This document shows positions 62,655 to 64,000 of a stretch of DNA of 64,000 nucleotides, in pieces; the first letter of the stretch is position 1; each line of letters begins with the position of its first letter. A program made the position numbers and the translations under genes. Below the pieces are notes generated by a model. The model was not told the origin of the DNA. It saw only the letters and a list, made by a program, of their open reading frames with translations, and made no database searches. The stretch is from Vicugna vicugna. Taxonomy: Eukaryota. Where the stretch lies: NCBI GenBank assembly GCA_013265495.1, contig MU058016.1:1-64000 (forward strand). Direction: 5' to 3'.

Positions 62655-63259
62655 TTATAAGAACAAGGGAAATTTGGCTTTATTAGATATTTGCCTCTTG
62701 ATGATGTAGCAATGAGGGACTATGAAAGTAATGGATAAATAAAATTCACAGAAAATCTCCAATGATAAGATGAGACTGGCTTAAAACCAAGGGGGAAAAA
62801 AGGAAGGAACAACTACAAAACAGGAAAAACATGAGAGGTCGCTATTTTCAAGCCCAGAAAAACAGATGGCATACATCTGTGGTCATGGAAAGCAGGGAAA
62901 CGTGAATCTAGGATTGGACTTTACTGGGGCAGCACAGGATAACAGATACCAAATGAATCAGAGATCTTAGTAAGCTGAGGAGGCAGAGAGAACAGAATCC
63001 CACTTCAGGGAGTGAAGAGAAAGGAGGCTAGGAGTCAAATATGGGGTGCAAATATGAAGGCCTAGCAGAGATTACTTGATACAGAGTTGAGAGCTGAACA
63101 GAGATATCAGAGGTTCTACAGGGCTGGAAGATGTACTTCTATAAGAATGGAGATACCTTGCTAAAAACTTTGGGCCTTCTGTTGAGACCTCATGCATTAG
63201 GACTAAAAAGCACACTCTAGAGGACAGAAGGATATAAATCAGACTGCATACAATATATT

Positions 63260-63465
63260 ACCTACAATGTACACCATACAATAAGGAAATTAATAGGCAT
63301 GACAGTAAATGTGACCCATAGTCAAGCAGGAAGGAAGTCAACTGAAGTCAGTCATGAAATGATCCAGGTGTTGGAATTATCAGACAAGAACTATAAAGCA
63401 GCTGTTATAAATGTATTCAAGAACTGAAAGGAAAAGCTGGTAATAATGAGTGAACTAATTGGGAA
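63260..63465 (+). mobile_element. Ancient L1 ORF1-start fragment
   Basis: aatgtgacccatagtcaag...atgatccaggtgttggaattatcagacaagaactataaagcagctgttataaatgtattcaa. Confidence 0.65.
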
Positions 63466-63467
63466 GT

Positions 63468-63610
63468 TACTACATTTCTCTGTGTTTCTGTTTCCTCGTG
63501 TGAAAAATGGGGATAAAAATAATACCCACCTCAGAGTGGATGACTATATGTAAGTGCTTAGAATAATGCCTGGCTCATCAAAAGCATTCCGTAAAGGTTT
63601 ACTCTTATCA
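63468..63610 (+). mobile_element. MIR SINE
   Basis: tctctgtgtttctgtttcctcgtgtgaaaaatggggataaaaataatacccacctca...taagtgcttagaataatgcctggc. Confidence 0.85.
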
Positions 63611-64000
63611 TGTGTCTTACAGCATTTTATTTGCATATTTGAGTCTCAATTTCTTCATAAATAAGAAGAAATTAATAACTTCATCTTATTAGGACTGTTA
63701 TAAAGATTAAATAATAAAGTACAGTGAGAACCTAGAACAACTCCTGGTAGCCAACATACATTTGATAAGTGTCCATTATCTAATCCTCCAGATTCACTTT
63801 TGAACTTAAGAATACATGATGTGGTAAAATTGTTATAGCCATTTTTTTTTCTAAAACAGAACTGATTAGGAATAAAAGCAATGCCATAAAACATTTCTGT
63901 ATTTTTTTCCATTGTAATATACACAGATACAAAAATGTAAACAAAAAATGTTAAAACAGTTAAATTGTCCTTGTTCTCCTCCATCTGGAAGTCATCAGTC

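Noticed and set aside
1..64000. CRISPR array, operon or prokaryote-type defence system
   Set aside because: The sequence is mammalian repeat-rich DNA, with no regularly spaced repeat-spacer array and no dense ORFs.

Overview
AT-rich, CpG-depleted mammalian DNA, most likely from a camelid (camel, alpaca or llama). The taxon call rests on a tRNA-derived SINE resembling camelid vic-1 at about 58712-58847 and on young L1 3' ends of a camelid-like type. I found no recognisable protein-coding exon, RNA gene, CpG island or promoter. The ORFs I can identify are transposon remnants (L1 ORF2 pieces and one Tigger piece); the rest look like chance ORFs. Roughly half the window is interspersed repeat: L1 of several ages, HAL1, L2, MIR, MaLR/ERVL LTRs, Tigger and hAT elements. 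L1 fragments are strongly biased to the + strand, which suggests the window lies inside a long intron of an unidentified minus-strand gene. The best-supported observations concern retrotransposition mechanics. They are a twin-primed (5'-inverted) L1 nested in an older L1 with a 15-bp TSD, a 24-nt L1 tail-only insertion with a 14-bp TSD at a perfect TT/AAAA site, internally deleted young L1s with a near-shared breakpoint, and a 5'-end-only L1. Also notable are an inverted pair of complementary Tigger deletion derivatives and an unexplained ~170-bp diverged direct duplication. I see no evidence for a new multi-gene system. Repeat subfamily names come from recalled consensus similarity and need RepeatMasker/Dfam confirmation; boundaries of old repeats are approximate.
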